DNA of 12,307 nucleotides, from contig JBHLOI010000068.1 of assembly GCA_048940645.1 (NCBI GenBank), positions 1 to 12,307 on the forward strand, read 5' to 3'. The stretch's first letter is position 1. Each line of letters starts with the position of its first letter. Position numbers and translations under genes: made by a program. Shown here piece after piece: positions 1 to 7,764 of this stretch. The DNA comes from Promethearchaeota archaeon (GTDB taxonomy: Archaea; Asgardarchaeota; Lokiarchaeia; Sigyniarchaeales; SOKP01). Below the pieces are notes generated by a model, which worked only from the letters and a program-made list of their open reading frames with translations, made no database searches and was not told the origin of the DNA.

Positions 1-2
1 AA

Positions 3-206
3 AGTAACCCAAGATCGGCGTACTATATTATAAGGTCGGCTATTACCATTTGAATTTTTAAATTTAGGAATTTTAAATCTATAAATTGGTGCTCCAAGTT
101 CAAATTTCACCTTTTCACGATGAAAAAATTTCGGAACAAACTTCTTATCGCAATTGGGGCATTTTAATTTCTTAGGTTTAAGCTCTGCTCCCTCTAACAT
201 ACTCAT
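3..206 (-). CDS. Hypothetical protein with CxxC motif (possible zinc ribbon); 5' part only, runs off the left edge
   Basis: Manual translation from ATG 206 (alternative ATG 200): MSMLEGAELKPKKLKCPNCDKKFVPKFF...RRSWVT, open to the window edge; contains CPNC. Not in the ORF track. Confidence 0.65.
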   Translation of the reverse strand, partial: MSMLEGAELKPKKLKCPNCDKKFVPKFFHREKVKFELGAPIYRFKIPKFKNSNGNSRPYNIVRRSWVT

Positions 207-321
207 TTCAACTATTATGCGTAATATGTTATGTCTAGGATATGATCAATAATTTTTAATTGCATCGGTTAATTTTTTGCCACATTATCGGATTTTTAAT
301 TTTTCAATAGATAAGCAGTCC

Positions 322-798
322 TTACCAACGGCAGGGATCAAAGTATTGTATGTATTTTTGCAACCAAGTACAAATAGTGTATTTTGAGTAGTCCTCGGTA
401 ATTTCTTCTCCTGGTTGAATATCTCTCTGAGCTACAGAACAAAATCCATTTTCATCCTCAGATGAACCAGAATTCGCATCAAATGAATGATTTACAAATC
501 GGGAATCATCCAAGCAAAAAATTAGTACGTCTAGCTCTCTTTCATAATAGGAATAGGTGAGTAAAGTGTGAATATAATCCTTCAGTAAAGATGATTTATG
601 GGAACTATCAAGCGTTAAAAATTGCTTCTTTGTTATTATTAACACATCCTGTGGGCGAGCATGCCACCATATCGTACCCTTTGGAATTAGTTTTTTAGCA
701 AATACTCCTAACCCATGGATCTCACTTCTTTTTACATAAGCATATTCAGTTATGGGATTTGTTGCTTTTCTATTATAAGAATTATTCTTTGATTTCAT
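322..798 (-). CDS. SET domain protein (putative protein-lysine methyltransferase)
   Basis: SET motifs: SEIHGLGVFA (GxG), RFVNHSFDAN (RFxNHS), AQRDIQPGEEITEDY (GEELxxDY-like). Confidence 0.9.
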   Translation of the reverse strand: MKSKNNSYNRKATNPITEYAYVKRSEIHGLGVFAKKLIPKGTIWWHARPQDVLIITKKQFLTLDSSHKSSLLKDYIHTLLTYSYYERELDVLIFCLDDSRFVNHSFDANSGSSEDENGFCSVAQRDIQPGEEITEDYSKYTICTWLQKYIQYFDPCRW

Positions 799-918
799 GA
801 GTCTAAAGAATATTATATCTGGTATGATGAATAATGAATGGTAATTAAATATATTTTTAAATTAGTCTGAATTTGAAAATTTCTCTATATTTATATGTGA
901 ACTTAATTTTGATAAATT

Positions 919-1929
919 ATGTTAGGAAAACAAAATAAAGCCCACAATATTCCCTCAATAAAAACTAATTCTTCAGATTTTAGTCCAAATCGTAATAAAG
1001 GGATCATACTTTCTTTTATATCACTATTTCTTCTTGCAATGTTACCTATTATATCAAATAGCCGCCCTTCTGAACTGAATGCTTTGGATTATGCATTTTA
1101 TCTCTCTTTATGGGAGTTAATATGTGCTGTACCATTGTTTATTTTTGAATTATCTAAAAAAAATTCAGGAATATTTCAAAAATCCGTTGATTGGAAAATT
1201 CGGAAAAAAACGTATTTAATTATGGGAATAACAGGCTTTATTTTTTCCATATCTACATTTCTTTATGTGTTTGCTTTTGAGACAGCAGGGACGATAAGTG
1301 CCGCAATAGCGATTCAAACATACCCTTTATTTTCGATTCTTTGGGAATTTATTCTTTTTAGAAAAAAGAAACGACTGGGTGAGATTGTGTTCACATTGAT
1401 TATGATAGTTGGGATTTATTATCTTGGCACGGGGGGAACATGGCTTATTAATGGTTTTTCCCCATGGTTTGCAGTTGCTCTTATAGTTCCTTTTCTTTGG
1501 GGTATAGCCCATGTTACCATAAAAAATACGCTTGATACATCTCCCATCACTCCTAATCAGGTAACCTTCTTTCGAGTGCTTATATCTTCCATTATTCTCT
1601 TTGGAATTTCCTCGCTTGTTAATGGAATTACAAATATTTTTAGTGGATTGTTAAATTTTGAATTCCAATTATTTGGATTTTTAATGGGAATTGTGTATTA
1701 CTTAGAACTTGTAAATTGGTTTTATGCTGTGAAGCATGTTGATGTATCCGTAGCTAGTACAGTCACGACACCTACTCCAATGGTGACCATGATTTTTGCA
1801 CTATTCATTTTGAGAGATTCAATTGAAATATACCAAATTGTTTCAATGTTGATTGTGTTTATAAGCTTGTATGGTTTACTTTGGTTCGGTAAAAGAAAAC
1901 CAGTTAATAAATTATCCAGGAACCCTTAG
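919..1929 (+). CDS. DMT/EamA family transporter
   Basis: About 10 hydrophobic segments in two repeats; EamA-like motifs AAIAIQTYPLFSILW..LFRKK and ASTVTTPTPMVTMIFALFILRD. Confidence 0.85.
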   Translation: MLGKQNKAHNIPSIKTNSSDFSPNRNKGIILSFISLFLLAMLPIISNSRPSELNALDYAFYLSLWELICAVPLFIFELSKKNSGIFQKSVDWKIRKKTYLIMGITGFIFSISTFLYVFAFETAGTISAAIAIQTYPLFSILWEFILFRKKKRLGEIVFTLIMIVGIYYLGTGGTWLINGFSPWFAVALIVPFLWGIAHVTIKNTLDTSPITPNQVTFFRVLISSIILFGISSLVNGITNIFSGLLNFEFQLFGFLMGIVYYLELVNWFYAVKHVDVSVASTVTTPTPMVTMIFALFILRDSIEIYQIVSMLIVFISLYGLLWFGKRKPVNKLSRNP

Positions 1930-1974
1930 ATTGGTTACAGTTTAGTTTTAACTTATAAACTGGGAATCAATGCT

Positions 1975-2523
1975 TTACTTTTCAAACGTAAATGTTTCGA
2001 TAATTTTAGATACTATTGTTTCAAATACAAAATTTACATTTTCTCCTGTTTTAGAGGAACACTCAATATAATCGAATAATTTTAAAGAAATAAGGTAAGA
2101 TTTTATATCATCACTAGCAAAGATTCGATGCTTTTCTAAATCCAATTTTCCTCCTACTAATAAAATTGGAGCTTCTTTGAAGTTATAATCCAATGAATCC
2201 CGAAATATGGAAATCCACTCGTAAATCTCATTTAAACTATAAGCATTTGTTATATCAAACATAAAAATTCCTCCAAAAGATCCATAGGCATATGATTTCA
2301 AAAGAAAATGGAATCTTTCTTCACCCCCAAAATCCCATATTTGAAGCTTGATTACCTTATCATGAAGTTCAAAAGTTTTTACAAAAATAGCGGCACCTAT
2401 AGTCGGTTTTAAATCAAATTCAAAACGATTAGCTACAAATCGATTGACTAAAGAACTTTTACCAACTTGTTTATTTCCAAATAAACATATCTTATATGCA
2501 AGATCTGTTTTTGATCTGAACAT
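1975..2523 (-). CDS. Rab-like small GTPase (Ras superfamily, Asgard type)
   Basis: G1 GNKQVGKSS, G2 PTIG, G3 KLQIWDFGGEERF, FMFDIT, G4 variant VGGKLD, G5 ECSSK; no C-terminal Cys tail. Confidence 0.92.
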   Translation of the reverse strand: MFRSKTDLAYKICLFGNKQVGKSSLVNRFVANRFEFDLKPTIGAAIFVKTFELHDKVIKLQIWDFGGEERFHFLLKSYAYGSFGGIFMFDITNAYSLNEIYEWISIFRDSLDYNFKEAPILLVGGKLDLEKHRIFASDDIKSYLISLKLFDYIECSSKTGENVNFVFETIVSKIIETFTFEK

Positions 2524-2713
2524 CTTATTATATCTTAAAAATTATTCTCATACCTAAAATACAGATTTCTTTACTTACCAATCTTTTTACATATCCTAAT
2601 AAATCATAGTGTTAAACTTTTTAAAGGTTTTGATAATGAGATAATTTTGAAATTGAATAACACATATCTATCTAAAAAATATTTGAGTTGCTTATCGCCG
2701 AAAAATTAGAATT

Positions 2714-2754
2714 TTTATATATCATAAGTAAATAAGAATAGATGGTTCTATTCT
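2714..2754 (+). promoter_or_regulatory. Putative ferritin promoter: TATA box plus inverted-repeat operator
   Basis: TTTATATA at 2714-2721; perfect inverted repeat AGAATAGA-tggt-TCTATTCT at 2735-2754, centred where the TSS is expected. Confidence 0.55.
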
Positions 2755-2827
2755 AAAGAAATTCTATTAAAAGGATTTAGAAATTTAAAGAAAAAGCTAT
2801 TTAACTCATAAATTTTTTTCAAAATCA

Positions 2828-2834
2828 AGGTGAT
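2828..2834 (+). promoter_or_regulatory. Shine-Dalgarno site of ferritin
   Basis: AGGTGAT 5 nt before ATG 2840. Confidence 0.75.
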
Positions 2835-2839
2835 TAAAA

Positions 2840-3328
2840 ATGGTAAATTTAATCTCAAAGGAACTAAATGATTTAATGAACATACAAATCGTAGAAGAAC
2901 TTCGATCAGCGTATATCTATTTAGGGATGGGTGCTTGGGCTGTAGAACAGGGGTTAAAAGGTTTAGCTGAGTTCATGAAAATCCATGCTGAAAAAGAAGA
3001 ATATAAGCATGCAATGAAATTTGCTAAATATATCCAAGAAACTGGTGGAAAAGTAGAATTTGGAACTATAGAAAGTGTTTCTACTAACTATGAGAATGTA
3101 GAAGAAGTACTCAAGGGAGCAATTAAACATGAAGAATTCATCACGAATAAAATCAAAGAGCTTATGGACTTAGCGCAAAGTAAAAACGAATATTATGCAT
3201 ATGACTTACTAAATTGGTTCATTCAAGAACAAATTGAAGAAGAGAACCTCTTTACCGATCTGTATAACAAATTCTTACTTAGTGGTAAAAATCTTGGAAT
3301 TTGGGACCATCATATAAAACATCCCTAA
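2840..3328 (+). CDS. ftnA: Non-heme (prokaryotic-type) ferritin
   Basis: Ferroxidase ligands: E20/Y27 (QIVEELRSAYIY), EEYKH, HEEFIT, WFIQEQIEEE; 162 aa. Confidence 0.92.
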   Translation: MVNLISKELNDLMNIQIVEELRSAYIYLGMGAWAVEQGLKGLAEFMKIHAEKEEYKHAMKFAKYIQETGGKVEFGTIESVSTNYENVEEVLKGAIKHEEFITNKIKELMDLAQSKNEYYAYDLLNWFIQEQIEEENLFTDLYNKFLLSGKNLGIWDHHIKHP

Positions 3329-3354
3329 AAAGTAGCAATAAACTAAAATAAAAT

Positions 3355-3370
3355 TCTTTCTTATTTTTTT
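3355..3370 (+). terminator. Possible oligo-T terminator after ferritin
   Basis: Pyrimidine-rich stretch ending in T7 about 35-40 nt after the stop codon. Confidence 0.35.
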
Positions 3371-3402
3371 CAATTATTATGATCTTTTAGAATGATCCCA
3401 AT

Positions 3403-3975
3403 ATGTGTTATTATATTGCCCTTATACTTCCAAATGATAAAGAATTAGAAAAAGTAAGAGAAATTCTTTATGATTATAATATGACTTTTTCTCAAATTAA
3501 TAACAAGTCTTTAAAATCTTATTTAAAGGCAGAACAACTAATTTTTAGACCAACAAAGGAATATTGCGATTGCGACACAGTATTAGGGGCATTTAATCGT
3601 AAGAATGAATATGAAAAATTACTAGAATCACAAAAAGTAAGAAATTTAAGGAAGAAAAAATGGAATCAAAAACAAATTGATAATTGGATTTGGGAAAAAT
3701 TAAATAAAACAACCCCCCATGTTAAGAAATCCATAACACCCATGGAACAAGAAAATGAGATTATAAAATGGTTTAACTTTCTTCATGAACTAGTTAATTT
3801 AGAAAAATTTATTCACATAGGAATTTTAAAGCATTGGTATCATTCAACTTTGGATAATGAAGAAATAATCTTAAAAAGAAAACAAAAAGTCAATCTAAAT
3901 GAAGTTGATAAAAATTTTTTATTATATCTCGAGGAAGATGTATTATATGAATTCTTTATCCCCTTAAAAAGATAA
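3403..3975 (+). CDS. Hypothetical protein with N-terminal Cys, CxC and HWY motifs
   Basis: 190-aa ORF; MCYY..., EYCDCDT, LKHWYH; no family recognised. Confidence 0.75.
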   Translation: MCYYIALILPNDKELEKVREILYDYNMTFSQINNKSLKSYLKAEQLIFRPTKEYCDCDTVLGAFNRKNEYEKLLESQKVRNLRKKKWNQKQIDNWIWEKLNKTTPHVKKSITPMEQENEIIKWFNFLHELVNLEKFIHIGILKHWYHSTLDNEEIILKRKQKVNLNEVDKNFLLYLEEDVLYEFFIPLKR

Positions 3976-3988
3976 AATAATCTTCAAG

Positions 3989-4819
3989 TTATAAATTAGT
4001 CATTTCAGCGCTGATTTCCCATAGTCTTTTAGCATATTCTTCGTTATAAGACTCATTTGAAGACTTTTTCGGTTGTTTTTTTATAAAATATTTCCCTGTT
4101 ATGCCTTCGACATCTGGTGAAGATGCTAAATATATGGATGTTGCTGCGCCTTTTCTTGGGCTCTTAAAGAAGGTTTTTTGAAAACCTCTTGAAAAAGCTG
4201 ACTGATCCCGACCTAAATTAGAACGAACAACACCAGGATGAACCGCATTCACCGTAACTCTTGTTCCTTCTAACCTTCTACTTAATTCATAAGTAAAAAG
4301 TGTTAAAGCTAACTTTGAAACGCCATAATTCTTAAACGCGCCATATTTTTTATTTTCACCCTGAAGATCATCAAAATCCATGGATGCCGTTTTATGGACT
4401 CCTGAACTAACGTTGATTATGCGACTTGGGGCACTCATTTTTAACACATCAATTAATAAGTTAGACAATAAAAAAGGGGCAAGATAATTCACTGCAAAAT
4501 TCATCTCAATTCCATCAACGGATAACATACGCTTTGATAAAACTATACCAGCATTGTTGATTAATACATGCAAATTTTGATATTTCTGTTTAAATTCCGA
4601 AACAAGCTTACGAATCTGTTCTTGAGATGATAAATCACATATCAGTAAATCCACACTTTTGTTTCCTGTTTCTTCTATAATTTCCTGCTGTGCTGACTCT
4701 CCACGCTCTTTATTTCGACACACCATGACTATTCTAGCATCCATTTCTGCTAATCCTAAGGCTGTAGCTTTCCCTATTCCAGAATTTGCTCCGGTAATCA
4801 TACAAATTTTGCCTTCCAT
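3989..4819 (-). CDS. SDR family oxidoreductase (retinol dehydrogenase-like)
   Basis: TGANSGIG cofactor motif, LINNAG, INVSS, catalytic YGVSK, VHPGVV. Confidence 0.93.
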   Translation of the reverse strand: MEGKICMITGANSGIGKATALGLAEMDARIVMVCRNKERGESAQQEIIEETGNKSVDLLICDLSSQEQIRKLVSEFKQKYQNLHVLINNAGIVLSKRMLSVDGIEMNFAVNYLAPFLLSNLLIDVLKMSAPSRIINVSSGVHKTASMDFDDLQGENKKYGAFKNYGVSKLALTLFTYELSRRLEGTRVTVNAVHPGVVRSNLGRDQSAFSRGFQKTFFKSPRKGAATSIYLASSPDVEGITGKYFIKKQPKKSSNESYNEEYAKRLWEISAEMTNL

Positions 4820-4954
4820 ACTAATAGTTTATTCCACCTTTTTATCAATTGTAATTCTTTCTAAGTTTAGTATGATCTTTCTTTATTATTAAAAAATTTA
4901 GCTATTATAAAATAATAGAAAATTTTGATATTAAGTTGAATTAAGATAAAATAT

Positions 4955-5698
4955 TTATAGTATTAATTCAAAGCCATCTATAGCAACATTTGTATTTGGA
5001 AATATCTTTTTTGCCTTTTCTTCAGCTAATTTGCGATCTTGGATGGTTTTATAATAACTCGCATCAAAATGGGTAAGAATTAATTGTTTAACATTTGATT
5101 TTATCGCAATTTCAGCACCTTCTTCTGCTTTCAGATGTGGCCAACCCCATTCTTCTTGGCCAGGTTTATAGGAACATTCTGTAATTAATAAATCAGCATC
5201 CTGAGCAAGCTCAAATAAAGCAGGTGTCATTCCAGTATCAGTGCAATATGTAATGATCTTATTATCAATCTCTATTCTATAACCTAAAGATGGATCCGCA
5301 TGAAGTAAGAGTTTACATTTGATTGGAAAACCAATATTGTGACTCCCTTCTTTTAAATCATGAGTTTGTACATTTAGCGGTATATTACCGAATGGTGCTG
5401 AATATGGATGATTTATAATTTTTTTTAAGCCGTTTCTTGTTCCTTTATAACCAAATACATTAACTTTTTGATTAAACAAGAATTTAGCAAAAGCATGAAA
5501 TCCAATAACATGATCAAGATGTAAGTGGCTTAATAAAATAACAATTGGCCTCTCATCCTTAACATATTGATCCATTTTATAAATCCCATCTCCAGCATCT
5601 AGAATAATATAATAATTTTTGGAATCAATCAATGTAGTAATTGTATTACCTAAATCTGTTGCATACCACCCATTGGTACCTAAAAATTTTACACGCAT
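4955..5698 (-). CDS. MBL-fold metallo-hydrolase, RNase Z-like
   Basis: FLGTNG N-terminus, LDAGDG, SHLHLDH (HxHxDH), YCTDTG, ITECSY, ILTHF. At 247 aa it appears to lack the tRNA-binding arm, so its substrate is uncertain. Confidence 0.88.
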   Translation of the reverse strand: MRVKFLGTNGWYATDLGNTITTLIDSKNYYIILDAGDGIYKMDQYVKDERPIVILLSHLHLDHVIGFHAFAKFLFNQKVNVFGYKGTRNGLKKIINHPYSAPFGNIPLNVQTHDLKEGSHNIGFPIKCKLLLHADPSLGYRIEIDNKIITYCTDTGMTPALFELAQDADLLITECSYKPGQEEWGWPHLKAEEGAEIAIKSNVKQLILTHFDASYYKTIQDRKLAEEKAKKIFPNTNVAIDGFELIL

Positions 5699-5841
5699 TT
5701 TATTGGCTCAACTCTAGTAAAAAAAATTCACTTTCAAAAATATTTCTATTACATTTTGTTAGAAATTAACAAAAGATTATTATAAATTCTTGATACTTAG
5801 AAAAAATAAAATAAAGCAGAAAAAGCTAATGGTAGTAACTT

Positions 5842-5979
5842 CTATTTACAAATACTTTTTTTATTATTTTTAATTTCTTGGATGATTTCTTTAAATATTT
5901 CTTTATAATATTCTTTTGGGTTCAAGTTTTTCATATTTATATCGTTATCTAAAAATTTCCTTTTTTTAAGTCTATGCAT
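5842..5979 (-). CDS. Putative small basic protein (45 aa)
   Basis: MHRLKKRKFLDNDINMKNLNPKEYYKEIFKEIIQEIKNNKKSICK*; AAAGGAG RBS 10 nt upstream (GGAG at 5990-5993); TTATATAG TATA-like box near 6027-6034 on the minus strand. Confidence 0.5.
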   Translation of the reverse strand: MHRLKKRKFLDNDINMKNLNPKEYYKEIFKEIIQEIKNNKKSICK

Positions 5980-6117
5980 TCAATATAAACTCCTTTAGTA
6001 TAGAATCTAATTTTGATAAGTATCTCTATATAATCATGTTTTTTTGGTGCTATATAAAAGAAAATGGTAAATTTCTGAAGTATAAGATATTCTAAGTTTA
6101 ATTTCTATAGAATCTAC

Positions 6118-6134
6118 AAACATTGTCAATGTTT
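6118..6134. promoter_or_regulatory. Palindromic candidate operator
   Basis: AAACATTG-T-CAATGTTT, a perfect 8-bp inverted repeat, between the divergent small ORF and the GyrI-like gene. Confidence 0.4.
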
Positions 6135-6228
6135 TCCTGATAAATAATGAATTAATAGTTGTGTTTTGGAAATAAATTTTAATTAAATTCTTTATTATTT
6201 TTAATACACCATTTAAAGATTGATTTTT

Positions 6229-6726
6229 ATGAATGAAAAAATTAAGATTGAGAGGGTTAAATCTCTACGTGCTGCATATTTTCACACATTCTCAGAGGCG
6301 CCTGAATCTGATGCCTGGAAAAAAGCAGAATCTTGGGCGAAAGAAAAGGAGTTATTAAGGAAAGATTCCAATGTACGTATCTTTGGAAGAAATACTTATC
6401 CAACAAAGGACCCAGAGCCTCATGGTTATGGCTACTTTATAACAATTACTTCAAATATTACTATTAATGAAGATATATCTATTCGTATTATACCGGGCGG
6501 TCTTTATGCGGTTTCCAGATGTGAGGGAGTAGAACAAATTGGAGAAACTTGGGCCAATTTATGGAATTGGCTCAATGAAAGCGAATACGATTATATAGGT
6601 GAAATAAAAGGAGAATTTGGTTACGAATTAGGTTTTGAAGAACACCTTAATTGGTATCCTTTTATGGTAGAAAAAAGCGATGAGAAACTCATCTTTAATC
6701 TGATGCTGCAGTTATGGGAAGAATAG
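6229..6726 (+). CDS. Stand-alone GyrI-like (AraC effector-binding) domain protein
   Basis: PESDAWKK..SWAKE, RIFG, YGYFIT, IPGGLYAV, IGETWANLWNWL, FEEHL fit the GyrI-like fold. ATG 6229 preferred over TTG 6220. Confidence 0.85.
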   Translation: MNEKIKIERVKSLRAAYFHTFSEAPESDAWKKAESWAKEKELLRKDSNVRIFGRNTYPTKDPEPHGYGYFITITSNITINEDISIRIIPGGLYAVSRCEGVEQIGETWANLWNWLNESEYDYIGEIKGEFGYELGFEEHLNWYPFMVEKSDEKLIFNLMLQLWEE

Positions 6727-6765
6727 AGTTAGATCTTCTAAATTCTTCAATAAAAAAATTTTCGG

Positions 6766-6778
6766 CGAAATTATATAA
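6766..6778 (+). promoter_or_regulatory. BRE-TATA promoter of the longin-like gene
   Basis: CGAAA directly followed by TTATATAA, about 65 nt before GTG 6842. Confidence 0.55.
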
Positions 6779-6841
6779 AACTTAAGTTATATATTAAAGT
6801 TGGTTAAAAAAAGTTAATCAATGTAGGATTTATCCAGAAAA

Positions 6842-7699
6842 GTGACGATTTATAAGTTTTCAGTTATAACCAGCTACGGGTTTCCATATTACCATTTAGT
6901 TTTAAAAAGTTTACCAAAAGGAATTAAATTATACCTAAGATTTTTTGATTTCTCGAAAGAAGACCTTGATCATGAAGAGAATTTTGATCGAGCTAATTCA
7001 TTTGAGTTGCATGCAGGATTAGTTTCTGCATTGTTTAAATTCGCGCACAGCATGAATAAGAACATAAAGCTCCTTGAATTTGATTCGAGTAATGAAATTA
7101 ATATGGAAAAAAGAGAATCCCAATATAGTGGAAATGTGTTAATTACTACTGAAACTGAACGATATTTACTTCATAAATCCGTTTACGAAAAAGTTAAGCT
7201 AGTTTACAACGCTATCATAAATGATAAAATTCCTCTGAACTCATCTATGGAGATTTTACCTGCTGAAGAGCAGATAATAATTGACATTCTAACTGATGCT
7301 GAAGCAAGAAGTCGTGTGAAGCATTACAAGAGTAAAATTACTCGTGTGGGAAACGATTTTTTAATACATTTGAAAAATTATGGTCTAAATGGGATATCTG
7401 TTACCTCATTTGATCTGTCACCAATTATTGTACTAAGTAAAAAATATAATCTGGATGATATCCATGAAATTTTAAGAAGTATTAGAAATATACCAGAAAT
7501 TGATCCTTTAAACTGGATTTACCGGCAATCTATGTATGGTAATGAGCCATTGTGGGTTTATATATACAAATCAGACGTAGGACCGAGTATTAACGGTTTG
7601 TTTGAACCTTACTTTTATTTATTATTTTGTAATCCCCACTCGTACCTTGGAGAAAATCCAGGTATAATAGGTAATGAATTTAACAAAATTTTGGGTTAA
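6842..7699 (+). CDS. Hypothetical protein with putative N-terminal longin-like and C-terminal roadblock/profilin-like domains
   Basis: IYKFSVITSYGFPYY (beta1-G-x-P-beta2) and ELHAGLVSALFKFAHSM (longin alpha1 pattern). The C-terminal half reads as alpha-beta-beta-alpha-beta-beta-beta-alpha. The ORF is solid; the fold is inferred. Confidence 0.6.
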   Translation: MTIYKFSVITSYGFPYYHLVLKSLPKGIKLYLRFFDFSKEDLDHEENFDRANSFELHAGLVSALFKFAHSMNKNIKLLEFDSSNEINMEKRESQYSGNVLITTETERYLLHKSVYEKVKLVYNAIINDKIPLNSSMEILPAEEQIIIDILTDAEARSRVKHYKSKITRVGNDFLIHLKNYGLNGISVTSFDLSPIIVLSKKYNLDDIHEILRSIRNIPEIDPLNWIYRQSMYGNEPLWVYIYKSDVGPSINGLFEPYFYLLFCNPHSYLGENPGIIGNEFNKILG

Positions 7700-7729
7700 A
7701 TAAGTAAAACTATATTAATCTCTAATTAG

Positions 7730-7738
7730 AAAAAAAAA
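7730..7738 (-). terminator. Oligo-T terminator candidate for the minus-strand ICMT/remnant transcript
   Basis: A9 on the plus strand (T9 on minus) about 27 nt past the stop at 7765. Confidence 0.4.
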
Positions 7739-7764
7739 GAAGATGAAATTTGGAGGAAATTTTC

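Noticed and set aside
824-870. C box (ATGATGA) and D box (CTGA) at C/D sRNA-like spacing
   Set aside because: No recognisable D'/C' boxes or terminal stem; the interior is AT-rich and TATA-like, within the SET/DMT divergent promoter region.
1327-1512. 61-aa antisense ORF
   Set aside because: Shadow of the DMT transporter gene; no motifs.
2632-2650. Fur-box-like GATAATGAGATAATT
   Set aside because: About 11 of 19 positions match, it is not palindromic, and such matches are expected by chance in AT-rich DNA.
2745-2839. Eukaryote-type iron-responsive element in the ferritin leader
   Set aside because: No CAGUGN-loop hairpin is present.
4659-4892. 77-aa plus-strand ORF
   Set aside because: Antisense shadow of the SDR 5' end.
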